DNA of 64,000 nt from Methanobacteriota archaeon (GTDB lineage: Archaea; Thermoplasmatota; Poseidoniia; Poseidoniales; Poseidoniaceae), in assembly GCA_002719815.1 (NCBI GenBank), contig PBET01000024.1, positions 3,393-67,392 on the forward strand, read 5' to 3'. A program made the position numbers and the translations under genes. This document shows, in pieces, positions 21,401 to 29,288 of this stretch. The notes under the pieces are model-generated. The model did not search any database. It was not told the DNA's origin and saw only the letters and a program-made list of their open reading frames with translations. How positions within the stretch are numbered: position 1 is the stretch's first letter; every line of letters begins with the position of its first letter.

Positions 21401-22148
21401 GTTCCAAAAGCGGTAGTTCATCATCGATGTATGCTCCATGAAATCCGAGACGGAATGAGCCTGTGACACAAAGATGATGGATTGGGCTTCGCACTGATAA
21501 GGCCTTGAGAAACTGCTTCTCATCTTCATGAAAGTCAGGCGGATGGTTGAGAAGGAGGATACCACGAATTGCTCCAAGCGTGTAAGGCGTTGGAACATTC
21601 AAATCGGCGAGTGCTGAACAAATTCGGGCGATGACGTGGTGCTCATGCAGAAGATTTTCGTTTTCAAACGATGAAAGAATCCGATCTGCTTCAAATGCGC
21701 CGGGATCTTCTTCCCACGTCGAAAGGATACCATGTTTTGTTGCATACGCATGGAGAGAAAGCAAACGCTCTGATTTTGAAAGTGTCCATGGCCTGGTCAC
21801 GTCGGGATGGAGGCGAGGAAAACGATGATCTTGCGCTGCAGAGGCAAACTTTTCGTGAACTTGTACAAGACCAGTCGATGTTCTTGGCACAAGAACAGGT
21901 AGTCGGAGATCGATCGTTAAGGACTTCAAGAGTCGTTGAAGCGTTGTGTGTCTGCTTGAATCAACAGAGCCCGCTTTCTGAAGAATGGCCTGGATAGACG
22001 AGGACCGAGTGACTTCATTCGGATAGATGACCAATAAATCGTCCCGTCCTGTTGCAATTTCATCCACAACCCAGGACGGGACGGTCGTATCGAAAGGGCA
22101 TGACTCTACTGTGATGTTCTCAGCCATATCCTCCCCACCCATCTTCAT
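18444..22148 (-). CDS. addB: AddB-like subunit: helicase-like scaffold without obvious Walker A, plus C-terminal Cas4/AddB-type 4-Cys PD-(D/E)XK nuclease (1234 aa)
   Basis: C-terminal ...GDHCKYCSLASACSSAS Cys cluster; size and position upstream of addA-like as in the Bacillus addB-addA operon; no GxxxxGK[ST] found by eye. Confidence 0.55.
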   Translation of the reverse strand: MKMGGEDMAENITVESCPFDTTVPSWVVDEIATGRDDLLVIYPNEVTRSSSIQAILQKAGSVDSSRHTTLQRLLKSLTIDLRLPVLVPRTSTGLVQVHEKFASAAQDHRFPRLHPDVTRPWTLSKSERLLSLHAYATKHGILSTWEEDPGAFEADRILSSFENENLLHEHHVIARICSALADLNVPTPYTLGAIRGILLLNHPPDFHEDEKQFLKALSVRSPIHHLCVTGSFRLGFHGAYIDDELPLLERDDQLPEWVPRHTVLPPASGNADYATEGIHLLSFDRASQIPDAAISVINHFNKHEQGRILLIDADKGRHKEWIRRLQRIGITCDTQADSVGSTSAIQAILRFLSIPNGQDAWSTAKLFDIAQSKAFPIIGKLFSDLTHPEKKDWRPRPHLDVIENIGRSFHVLGGKGALQRWLGSLAVAKPYAVEAYRREEELRAIEETQWWLQCLATSWTALLDETEKNFLANPFVGASSNISLPLPEPSKTPRDVLSTILHACDWEALFERTRHYDASVGAVQSWVRSVDGLLQYQSSLPFIDFCRLAADQTKLPMNRVRHFDVHICTPKQAFGVASDLTLFVGIDAESWSMKPERVPWIDDSVRVELGLNDGDLPVRQARHLFKSVLNSSQQVILFDTEHDESAGNSTPVVEYLSGVELQGDLRNLAAIPAFLQEEVSDGAGWSIVTRETGNWLTYRTSSLSVNGGEVELERAENMQRDLQQQTGLELKALRTPSGTIQSANTIANRFERDVHLDRYRRQPKFKPLANGSILPWEIRESLLTTTGLVIEPTVSQAEVSGGRTSASYPHLGYKKNGNSRGPSLDPRPLPPPTYGSPSLNEILSSQPIETESKTWSTSRLTPWLTCPRQAWSEQTLDATDNTPEPSEDIAPLTKGTLVHAIEEHLMTLLGIEVGGTPLAEGTPMHQGTSLSNQEIWESLLWHLSEIAPWLSRTNAVSVHRCNDLIGCSPEDWNDWLEGNGTLPIGGRLGRLLLADLNLTSAAPIASEWALQHGTELSVEIEGFDDQFETSCIKLRGRIDRVDHLVLDESLLERLTERGLYDESAEGMPLFFDGSGPPAKRFIIIRDLKTIEGPKPGEDGIRHVAGLFKEIQLALYARAWELAHPGDRVIGVGISEVGDDTEHLLELDPSFAFLEESRTIGTRTFYSGNHFRIPTEGTTPESNSFRAWMSSRITAAIRAQDASELGWNHPAPGDHCKYCSLASACSSASIGGETK

Positions 22149-22240
22149 GCGTGGCGACAGTATAAAACTGAACGTTCAAAATTTTGTTATTTTTTGTAGG
22201 GTGTTGGCATTTTTCATCGATTCTGAGGTGGATGTCGGAT

Positions 22241-22293
22241 AACATGAATTGTAACATGAATAATTCATGTTTTGTATAATTCAGAACATGAAT
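22241..22293. promoter_or_regulatory. Candidate operator: three direct copies of AACATGAAT (22241-22249, 22253-22261, 22285-22293), the middle one part of a perfect 17-bp palindrome ACATGAAT-A-ATTCATGT (22254-22270)
   Basis: Read directly in the AT-rich divergent intergenic region between the addB-like gene (-) and the TFB-like gene (+). Confidence 0.4.
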
Positions 22294-22300
22294 CGTTGGA

Positions 22301-22308
22301 TTTAAATA
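22301..22308 (+). promoter_or_regulatory. Archaeal TATA-box candidate TTTAAATA upstream of the TFB-like gene; GGAGG Shine-Dalgarno at 22410-22414
   Basis: Matches TTTAWATA consensus; ~114 bp upstream of the ATG at 22422, implying a ~85-nt leader; SD 7 nt from ATG. Confidence 0.3.
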
Positions 22309-22421
22309 GTACGGCGTCCATAAAGATACTCCAGCGCGTCGGTCCGAGCCCAATCCCACTTATTCCACCAACCCCTCGGACTTAATCATGTTGGAACAAA
22401 CAAGAACAAGGAGGACAAAAT

Positions 22422-23495
22422 ATGACGAAAAAGTGTGAAGAATGTGGCAGTTATGACTTGAAAGCGGACAACATCCGAGGCGAGGTGGTTTGCAACGATT
22501 GTGGACTTGTCATCGAGGATCAAGCCTCGGCGACCCAAAACGACAATGCAGGAACAATGTGGGGCGAAAATGCATCCAACACTCCGACCAAAGATGAAGC
22601 CAAGATTAAGACTGGCTCGAAGGGTAATGCGCTTGGTTCCTACATCGGTAAGCCAAATGAAGCGAAGGGCAAGTGGAAAATCCTACGACACCTGCACGCT
22701 CGAGATGTCAAGGACCTGCACCCAATGGCGCAAGCTACGATGGATGCTGCAAAGGAGTTGGCTGGCAAGGACAACGCCATGAAGGCGAAGAAAGTCATCA
22801 CCCTAGCGACCGTTCCACTCGATGATGAGAAAGCGAAGGCGTTGCGAGAAATCGCTGATGAGGAGGAAATCATCCTTCCAAAGAACTCTGTTTGCCGAAA
22901 GAAAACCCGAGGGGGAAGCACCCAGAACAACGAGAAGTTGCTTGCGCTGGGTTGTCTGCGAGCACATCAGGAGCGAACTGGCAAAATCAACATCGATTGG
23001 CCCCAGATGGTTGAAGGCACTGGTTTGACCATGGCTCAGGTTGTTGATGCTGCAAAAGTCATCATGAAGTACCTTAATCTATGCGAGAAAGCGCATCTTA
23101 TCGAAGAGCGAGCAGACCGAAGAACTGTTCATCTCGAGTTGCGAAACACCGAAATCGAGAACACTACGCTTCGACTGAAGCAACTTCTCGAAGATGTTGA
23201 TGAATCCGTGAAGACGCAAATCATGGACGATTACAAGCAACGACTCTTCACCTTGGGTGAGCCGACATTAGGCGGTTCACCGTTCTCAAGCGAGAACATT
23301 GAGGCCAAGGTCCTCTGCGCAATTCTCTTCCAAATCTCATGCGAGTCCTTTGGTGTTGAACAAGGACGGCTCGAGAACATCGCTCATGCGATTGGTCGAT
23401 GTCGAAACACCATCAAGAACCGCCTCAAGTCCCTTCGAAAGAAGGTGGCGTCTGGTGAGCTGGTTGACTTTGGTGTCTTGCAGAAGAAGCACTGA
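22422..23495 (+). CDS. Divergent TFIIB/TFB-like protein: canonical N-terminal Zn ribbon and two cyclin-like repeats, but lysine-rich linker lacking the usual B-reader (GPEWRAF) signature
   Basis: KKCEECGSYDLKADNIRGEVVCNDCGLVIEDQ; cyclin-like LLALGCLRAHQERTGKINIDWPQMVEGTGLTMAQVVDAAKVIMKYL and AKVLCAILFQISCESFGVEQGRLENIAHAIGRCRNTIKNRLKSL; basic composition in an acidic proteome. Confidence 0.6.
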   Translation: MTKKCEECGSYDLKADNIRGEVVCNDCGLVIEDQASATQNDNAGTMWGENASNTPTKDEAKIKTGSKGNALGSYIGKPNEAKGKWKILRHLHARDVKDLHPMAQATMDAAKELAGKDNAMKAKKVITLATVPLDDEKAKALREIADEEEIILPKNSVCRKKTRGGSTQNNEKLLALGCLRAHQERTGKINIDWPQMVEGTGLTMAQVVDAAKVIMKYLNLCEKAHLIEERADRRTVHLELRNTEIENTTLRLKQLLEDVDESVKTQIMDDYKQRLFTLGEPTLGGSPFSSENIEAKVLCAILFQISCESFGVEQGRLENIAHAIGRCRNTIKNRLKSLRKKVASGELVDFGVLQKKH

Positions 23496-23503
23496 ATCGT
23501 GAG

Positions 23504-24442
23504 ATGGATTATCTCATTAAGGAGAGGTTCGTCCAGCGATACATGACTCGATTGCTCGTTGTTGGAGTTTTAGTTGTCCTGATGGTTTCTGTTGTACCTG
23601 TAGCGCATGCTGCGGAGATTAAAGAACTTGAAACAGGCATGCTCTTTGGTGGACTTCATGGAATGGCGAATGAGACCATCGTCGTCAACAGTAGCCTAGA
23701 AGATCTTCCTGCAATTGCTGAAGATTACACAGCCACCTGGTGTGGAAATTGTGTTGAAGTCGGCAATGCGCTCGAGACTGTGGCGGAGAACATCAGCATG
23801 GAGATCTATGCTGTTCATCGGAACATCTACGAGACTCAGGATCCACTAGGCAACGAGAATGTCGACGCACGCTTTAGGGACCGATACGATATCTATGCGC
23901 CAGAATTCAAACCTCCTGTGGCCGGTATCAATGGCAAGTACTCCCTTCGTGGTAGCAACCCTGTTGGTGATTCTCTGGAATCTGACTTTGCAGACTTAGC
24001 ATCACAACCGCATAATCTTGGAGATGGTTCCGTCACAATGACATGGACACCAACGGGTGATAATTCAGGAACTGTCGCTTGGAGCATTGATCAATCAACC
24101 AGTGCAGTTTACAATGTAACCATATGGATGGTCGAGAAAGAAGCTTACTTCCCAGATGGTACAAACAACCAGATCTACTACCATCACATTGTTCGTGAAA
24201 TCATTGATGTGGGAACTGTTACTGAAACTGGACTGAGTACGGGAACTGAGCAGATTACCTATGCCGATGCATACGATGATGATGACCTTGAAGTCCATAT
24301 CATGTTCCATGAGTACATCGAACGTCCTGAAATACAAGACGAGACCCCAACAGAACCTACCTCAGAGGATACACCCTTCCTCTCCATGCCTTTGACGATA
24401 CTTGCCCTTCTTGCAGTAGCCCTACGGCGACAGGATCAGTAG
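23504..24442 (+). CDS. Secreted thioredoxin-like CxxC protein with PGF-CTERM-like C-terminal anchor
   Basis: Signal peptide LLVVGVLVVLMVSVVPVAHA; TWCGNCVEV (WCxxC); C-terminus PTEPTSEDTPFLSMPLTILALLAVALRRQDQ. Confidence 0.5.
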   Translation: MDYLIKERFVQRYMTRLLVVGVLVVLMVSVVPVAHAAEIKELETGMLFGGLHGMANETIVVNSSLEDLPAIAEDYTATWCGNCVEVGNALETVAENISMEIYAVHRNIYETQDPLGNENVDARFRDRYDIYAPEFKPPVAGINGKYSLRGSNPVGDSLESDFADLASQPHNLGDGSVTMTWTPTGDNSGTVAWSIDQSTSAVYNVTIWMVEKEAYFPDGTNNQIYYHHIVREIIDVGTVTETGLSTGTEQITYADAYDDDDLEVHIMFHEYIERPEIQDETPTEPTSEDTPFLSMPLTILALLAVALRRQDQ

Positions 24443-26709
24443 AAATCAACCATGTTTGCGTGAAGTCGAGCATCAACTTCTGGCATGCGATCAGGCGGAC
24501 GTCCCACCTCGATGAAACGAAGAACGTAATCATCGATGTTTGCAAATCCAAACTCTTCGGTCATCGGTTCCATGAGTTCTCGCAACGCCTGTCGAGGATC
24601 TGCAATTGGGAAATCTCGACGGATGAAGACTTGGTTTAATTGACGATAACGTGCATGTCTGTATCCCAAAATCTCAAGGATTCGGCGAAGTGCATCTTCT
24701 TCTTGGGCAGATCGGATGGTTAGTCGCAAACGACATCCTTGCATCCGGAACATTCCACGCACACCACCGAGTTCGACCTGATGGCCAATCGGTTGCAGCG
24801 AAAGTGCCTCCCACACCAGTGGCATCGTTCGATACCAGCGATAGAATTGATCATCTTGACGAGGCTCTCTGGGTTCTTCTTCATTCTGAAACGGGGGATT
24901 TACAACAAGATTCTCTCGGATTTGTTGCCATCGAGGGAAGATGACTTGTTGTTGCAACCTCTGACGATAAAAATCTCCTTCTAAGATTTGATCATCATCA
25001 AATTCGTAATCAAAATCTGGATTTAAGTGGCCAGGCATATCGAAACCAACTTCCCGACCGGGACGTTGTTTCCAGTCTGCAACAATTTCCTCATCAGTCA
25101 TCAATTTCAAAGAACGGAATGCGATTGGTTCTTCTTCTTCCCCATCACCAAGGAGAAGACGATGAAGATGAAATCTGTGTTGCTTCCCAGATCGCTTGTA
25201 GAAGTCTTCTGGGTCCGCCCCTGTGTCTTTTTGAGCTACCCCGATTGGTGGCTGGGTCAGCAAATGCATCTGCAAACTATTCACCCGTTTCGAAGTCGTG
25301 ACATCTGAGAGAAGCGAGAGTATGACAATTGCAATGGTATCCCCTATCGGGATATCTTTGTGGTAGTTTCCTGTATGAATGCAAATCGAATGCCGATGCG
25401 TCACAGTCTTACCAACACCATGAATTTTGAAAGGTGCATTGTGTGCACCACGACCAATTCGAACCTCGTAGAAATGGCCAAGCATCCCTCGAACGAGCAT
25501 GCGGTCTCGATGAACCCAGGTATCGTTCGGGAATTGTTGAAGAACGCCTCGCAAAAATTGCATTGAACGGCGGAAGGGGACATTCGCAGTCTCAGCATTT
25601 TCATATGCTGCCGTCCAATTCATCTGCGTAGCAATGAGCCATTCGCCTTCTTTGGAACCGTGTGGGGAAGATCCCCATGAAATCAATCCAGCCAAGAGGC
25701 CTGGCACGAAGGGAATTTTTGCTCGGCGTACACTTCCATTCTTCGCCAATGTTCTAAAACAGAGATTTCCCTTAGAATTGACCATAAATGGGAAACTAAC
25801 ATTTGCATGTTTCACGGATTCTGACAACTCAATCCAACGTTGAACCCAGGGCCATTGTGAAGGCGGAATCGCCCTATTTTCTTGGTTCCGAATAAAGCGC
25901 CGTGCAAATTTCATCCGTTGTCTTGGTCGACGACCTGCCATTCGTTCCATCAAGTGGGACGACCAATCAGACCCGTCAGAAAAGAGTGGTTTCTTTTTAC
26001 GGCGCTCGTTTTGATCTAAGAGAAACGATGTTTGGACAAATACATCAAAGGGAGAAAGGAGTTCACGTTCAAATTGTCCAAACAGTCGATGGTAACGCTG
26101 TAGGATTCGTCGAGGGCGTCCTTGAGGATCGAGTGTTTGGTACAACCCACTCAACGCTAAGAAGAGCTTGACGAGATCCCAACCTTTGCGTTCTTCAGGA
26201 TTCAGGAGAAGCAAGAGGTACTGCTCCATCGGAATTCGAGCCTCGTGAATCCGCCCGTCGATGGTCATTCGTCCATCGATAAATGCGAGAAGCGTTCCAT
26301 CCCACATCACGAAGCCTTCCTCAAGGCGTTCCTTTTCGTAACCAGAATAACCTGTTTGCTTTTCGAGTTTTTCAATAAAGATGGACTCTTCTTCTTCGGG
26401 AAATGGGGAGTGGCGGACGGGATCTTGATCCGCCTCATCAAGACGGGCCCAGTCAACATCGGGCGTATGATTCATGAAGCGTTCGAGATTTCCCCAGCGC
26501 TTTTTCAATGAACGAACTGGCCCGCCAAGGACCGATGCCATGCGTTGATGGACTTCAAGAGGCAACGATGGTGCCCATTTACTCTCTTCGGTCAATTCGA
26601 TGCAGCGTATGCAGATTGGACAATTCGTTTCAGTATTTTCATTTTGGCAGATGCCACAGGCTTCCCCAATCATGGGGATACTGAATGTCGAGGTGTTAAA
26701 AAGTTTCAA
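24436..26709 (-). CDS. Large conserved hypothetical protein with N-terminal multi-Cys zinc-finger (757 aa)
   Basis: CGICQNENTETNCPICIRC near the N-terminus; no recognisable catalytic motif (HGVGKT is not a canonical Walker A); stop overlaps start of downstream threonine aldolase by 4 bp. Confidence 0.4.
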   Translation of the reverse strand: MKLFNTSTFSIPMIGEACGICQNENTETNCPICIRCIELTEESKWAPSLPLEVHQRMASVLGGPVRSLKKRWGNLERFMNHTPDVDWARLDEADQDPVRHSPFPEEEESIFIEKLEKQTGYSGYEKERLEEGFVMWDGTLLAFIDGRMTIDGRIHEARIPMEQYLLLLLNPEERKGWDLVKLFLALSGLYQTLDPQGRPRRILQRYHRLFGQFERELLSPFDVFVQTSFLLDQNERRKKKPLFSDGSDWSSHLMERMAGRRPRQRMKFARRFIRNQENRAIPPSQWPWVQRWIELSESVKHANVSFPFMVNSKGNLCFRTLAKNGSVRRAKIPFVPGLLAGLISWGSSPHGSKEGEWLIATQMNWTAAYENAETANVPFRRSMQFLRGVLQQFPNDTWVHRDRMLVRGMLGHFYEVRIGRGAHNAPFKIHGVGKTVTHRHSICIHTGNYHKDIPIGDTIAIVILSLLSDVTTSKRVNSLQMHLLTQPPIGVAQKDTGADPEDFYKRSGKQHRFHLHRLLLGDGEEEEPIAFRSLKLMTDEEIVADWKQRPGREVGFDMPGHLNPDFDYEFDDDQILEGDFYRQRLQQQVIFPRWQQIRENLVVNPPFQNEEEPREPRQDDQFYRWYRTMPLVWEALSLQPIGHQVELGGVRGMFRMQGCRLRLTIRSAQEEDALRRILEILGYRHARYRQLNQVFIRRDFPIADPRQALRELMEPMTEEFGFANIDDYVLRFIEVGRPPDRMPEVDARLHANMVDFY

Positions 26710-27752
26710 TGAAGAGATGACAACGCTTCAATGACGTTTTTTACATCTTCATCCGTGATATGAAGATGTGTTACAATTCGACAATGTGTTGGAGAAATAT
26801 CGAACATATCGATGCCTGCCTTTGCCATTCTTTCAGAAACTTCACTGGCCGAATGATCGTTCGCTGAGAAGTAGACCATGTTGGTTTGGACGGCGTTAAG
26901 GTCAACCGATACATGATCCATTTCATCGATTGCTTGTGCGATGGTTAATGCTCGACGATGATCTTCTTCCATCCGTTGAACGTTATTTTCAAGGGCATAA
27001 ATCCCTGCCGCAGCAAGAATTCCAGATTGACGCATACCTCCACCAAACATCTTTCGCCATCGATGCGCTTGTTCAATGAATTCAGTCGATCCGACAAGAA
27101 CAGAGCCTACAGGTGCTCCAAGGCCTTTGGAAAGACAAATGGATACTGAATCATAATCTCGAGTCATGCGAGGCAAAGGCGTCTTGGTGGCAACTGACGC
27201 ATTGAAAATTCGAGCACCATCGATGTGTGTTGAACAGTTCTTTTCCTTCGATACCTCTGCAATCGCATCGAGAACGTTTTGCTCATAACACGTCCCTCCT
27301 CCACGGTTCGCTGTGTTTTCAACACAGACAAGGCTTCCATCTGGATAATGCGATTGTGAACCACGTTGTTTTCGAATTGCCTGTTGAACAAGTTCAGGCG
27401 TAAGAAGACCATTGACTCCTTCCGGAAGAGCAACGCTTGAACCGCACAAAGCAGCGTATCCACCCCCCTCATAAAGATAGATGTGGCTGTAACGCTCGGT
27501 TACGATCTCATCACCAGGGACTGTGTGTGTCTTGAGTGCGACTGCATTCGACATCGTTCCTGATGGAACAAAGAGACCCGCTTCTTTTCCACACATTTCC
27601 GCAACCATTGCTTCAAGGCGCTGAACTGTTGGGTCGTCGCCTAAGACATCATCGCCTACTGCAGCATCTGCCATTGCTTGTCTCATCGGTGCAGTCGGTT
27701 GAGTGACTGTATCCGAACGCAAATCAATTCGGTTCGATTCAATGTCTCGCAT
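26706..27752 (-). CDS. ltaE: Low-specificity L-threonine aldolase (PLP-dependent)
   Basis: N-terminal IDLRSDTVTQPTAPMRQAMADAAVGDDVLGDDPT; size 348 aa. Confidence 0.8.
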   Translation of the reverse strand: MRDIESNRIDLRSDTVTQPTAPMRQAMADAAVGDDVLGDDPTVQRLEAMVAEMCGKEAGLFVPSGTMSNAVALKTHTVPGDEIVTERYSHIYLYEGGGYAALCGSSVALPEGVNGLLTPELVQQAIRKQRGSQSHYPDGSLVCVENTANRGGGTCYEQNVLDAIAEVSKEKNCSTHIDGARIFNASVATKTPLPRMTRDYDSVSICLSKGLGAPVGSVLVGSTEFIEQAHRWRKMFGGGMRQSGILAAAGIYALENNVQRMEEDHRRALTIAQAIDEMDHVSVDLNAVQTNMVYFSANDHSASEVSERMAKAGIDMFDISPTHCRIVTHLHITDEDVKNVIEALSSLH

Positions 27753-27790
27753 GGTTGCTCCACATCGTTGCCCATGTTCAAGGAATCGAC

Positions 27791-28132
27791 TTAGAGCAAT
27801 TTCAATTCACCAGTCAACGCATCCAATTTTTCTTCTTCATCAGGCCCCAAGGCAAGAACTGTGTAAGACCCAGCAGGAATCTGTGTATGCCCTGCATCAT
27901 GAATCTTTGAAGTTAGAATCTGATGGTGTTTGGCTTGTTGTTCAATCTGCTCAAGTTGACGAACATCATTCGCTTTAACACAGACTTTTTTCTGTCCAGT
28001 AGAAAGCCATGCATCAAGCAGTTCTGGACGAAGTTCTCCTGATTGGAGCGTCGCTTTAACTGCAGCATGACCGACTTGGGCGCCAATTTTCCCCTTACCC
28101 ATTTTCAATGCGTGATTGATGACAAAGACCAT
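27791..28132 (-). CDS. pth2: Peptidyl-tRNA hydrolase, archaeal PTH2 type (copy 1)
   Basis: MVFVINHALKMGKGKIGAQVGHAAV; start placed at internal Met (ORF extends to 28210). Confidence 0.75.
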   Translation of the reverse strand: MVFVINHALKMGKGKIGAQVGHAAVKATLQSGELRPELLDAWLSTGQKKVCVKANDVRQLEQIEQQAKHHQILTSKIHDAGHTQIPAGSYTVLALGPDEEEKLDALTGELKLL

Positions 28133-28219
28133 TTTCAATGGTTGATCGTTTTTCACAAAGCGTTCAAATTTGGGTGCGGTGATTCGGTGCAGAAACGAGC
28201 GGATCCCCATTCAATCACC

Positions 28220-28564
28220 TCATTCGTACGTCTTCAATTCTCCGAAAAGTGAATCCATGGTGTGACGAGGGGCGGGCCCCACACCAAGAACCGTTACCGT
28301 CCCAGGAGCGACTTCTGTCAGCCCAGCATCTTTGATGAGTGCAAATGGAAGTGATGCTTCTTCTACCAAATTGAGGAAATACTCGATCTCTTCTTCGTCA
28401 TCGACTGCAAGACAGATTTTTCGAGATGCAGATTCTTTCCAACGCTGAACCATTCTTGAATGCGTTTTCTTTGCACGCTGAAGTGATGCAACGGCAGCGT
28501 GAGCGCACTGAACTGCGAGTTTACCTGCTGAGAGATTGAGATCCGTGCGACATAGAAATGCCAT
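28220..28564 (-). CDS. Peptidyl-tRNA hydrolase, PTH2 type (copy 2, tandem paralog)
   Basis: MAFLCRTDLNLSAGKLAVQCAHAAV...GTVTVLGVGP; start placed at internal Met (ORF extends to 28618). Confidence 0.7.
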   Translation of the reverse strand: MAFLCRTDLNLSAGKLAVQCAHAAVASLQRAKKTHSRMVQRWKESASRKICLAVDDEEEIEYFLNLVEEASLPFALIKDAGLTEVAPGTVTVLGVGPAPRHTMDSLFGELKTYE

Positions 28565-28574
28565 TGTGGGTGGA

Positions 28575-29288
28575 TCAGAAAGTGCTGACATGCTCACTCT
28601 CCTGCTGAATGAGTTCACTGTTTGACCGGTTCATTTGCAGGATGCGATCGAACCACTGGCCAAACCACATTGCGAAGAACAGGTTGCCAAGGAAGTGGAG
28701 TACATCGAACAACAGTCCATTGACAAGATAAAGACCAAACTCAAGTGCTGACATGCTTGAATCAATGATTGAAAGTGATACAATCAAACTGAATACAGGC
28801 ACACTCCACAATGCTGAGAAAGCGAGTTGCGTCATTGATAGGTTTCCATTTGCATCATGGACGCTGATTTGCGAGGCAACAAGGGCGACCGTTCCCCATC
28901 CTAAGATTTGGAACAAACTCCACCAACCATGACCAAGTACGGCATTGCTCGCAAGCGTCACAAGAACTGCGAATGCAAAACCTCGTTGTGCTCCGAATTT
29001 TGAACCGACCAGAACAGCGAGTATCGTTACCGGCATGACGTTTGGAATGAAGCTCATCGCAATACGGGAGACTGAAGCAATTGCAACGATCAGAAACAGT
29101 GGCCATAACCATGTATTTCCATCCTTTTGAGGTTTCACCAACAACCAGATGGCGATGAAGAAGAGTGTCGCATGAGCCAACAACAAGACTGTGGGAGATA
29201 CGGTAGGCCCGTGCGTACCTATCGCGCTCAGCATGCTCCTCCGAGCCGACGGACAGCCTTGAGTGTTACCGCTCAAACAGGTCGCCAT
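28575..29288 (-). CDS. Polytopic membrane protein, hypothetical (possibly an ECF-transporter S-component-like protein)
   Basis: 6-7 hydrophobic helices; 16-bp overlap with upstream PQQ-propeller gene suggests the true start is internal. Confidence 0.4.
   Translation of the reverse strand: MATCLSGNTQGCPSARRSMLSAIGTHGPTVSPTVLLLAHATLFFIAIWLLVKPQKDGNTWLWPLFLIVAIASVSRIAMSFIPNVMPVTILAVLVGSKFGAQRGFAFAVLVTLASNAVLGHGWWSLFQILGWGTVALVASQISVHDANGNLSMTQLAFSALWSVPVFSLIVSLSIIDSSMSALEFGLYLVNGLLFDVLHFLGNLFFAMWFGQWFDRILQMNRSNSELIQQESEHVSTF

Noticed and set aside
22161-22200. Second TATA-like element (TATAAAA / T-rich run) as promoter of the addB-like operon
   Set aside because: Plausible but ambiguous. Spacing to the addB-like start codon (22148) fits neither a leaderless nor a clear leadered arrangement, so not listed as a feature.
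24436-26709. P-loop NTPase call for the 757-aa protein from HGVGKT
   Set aside because: The residue five positions before GKT is Lys, not Gly/Ala, so it is not a canonical GxxxxGK[ST]. No Walker B context.
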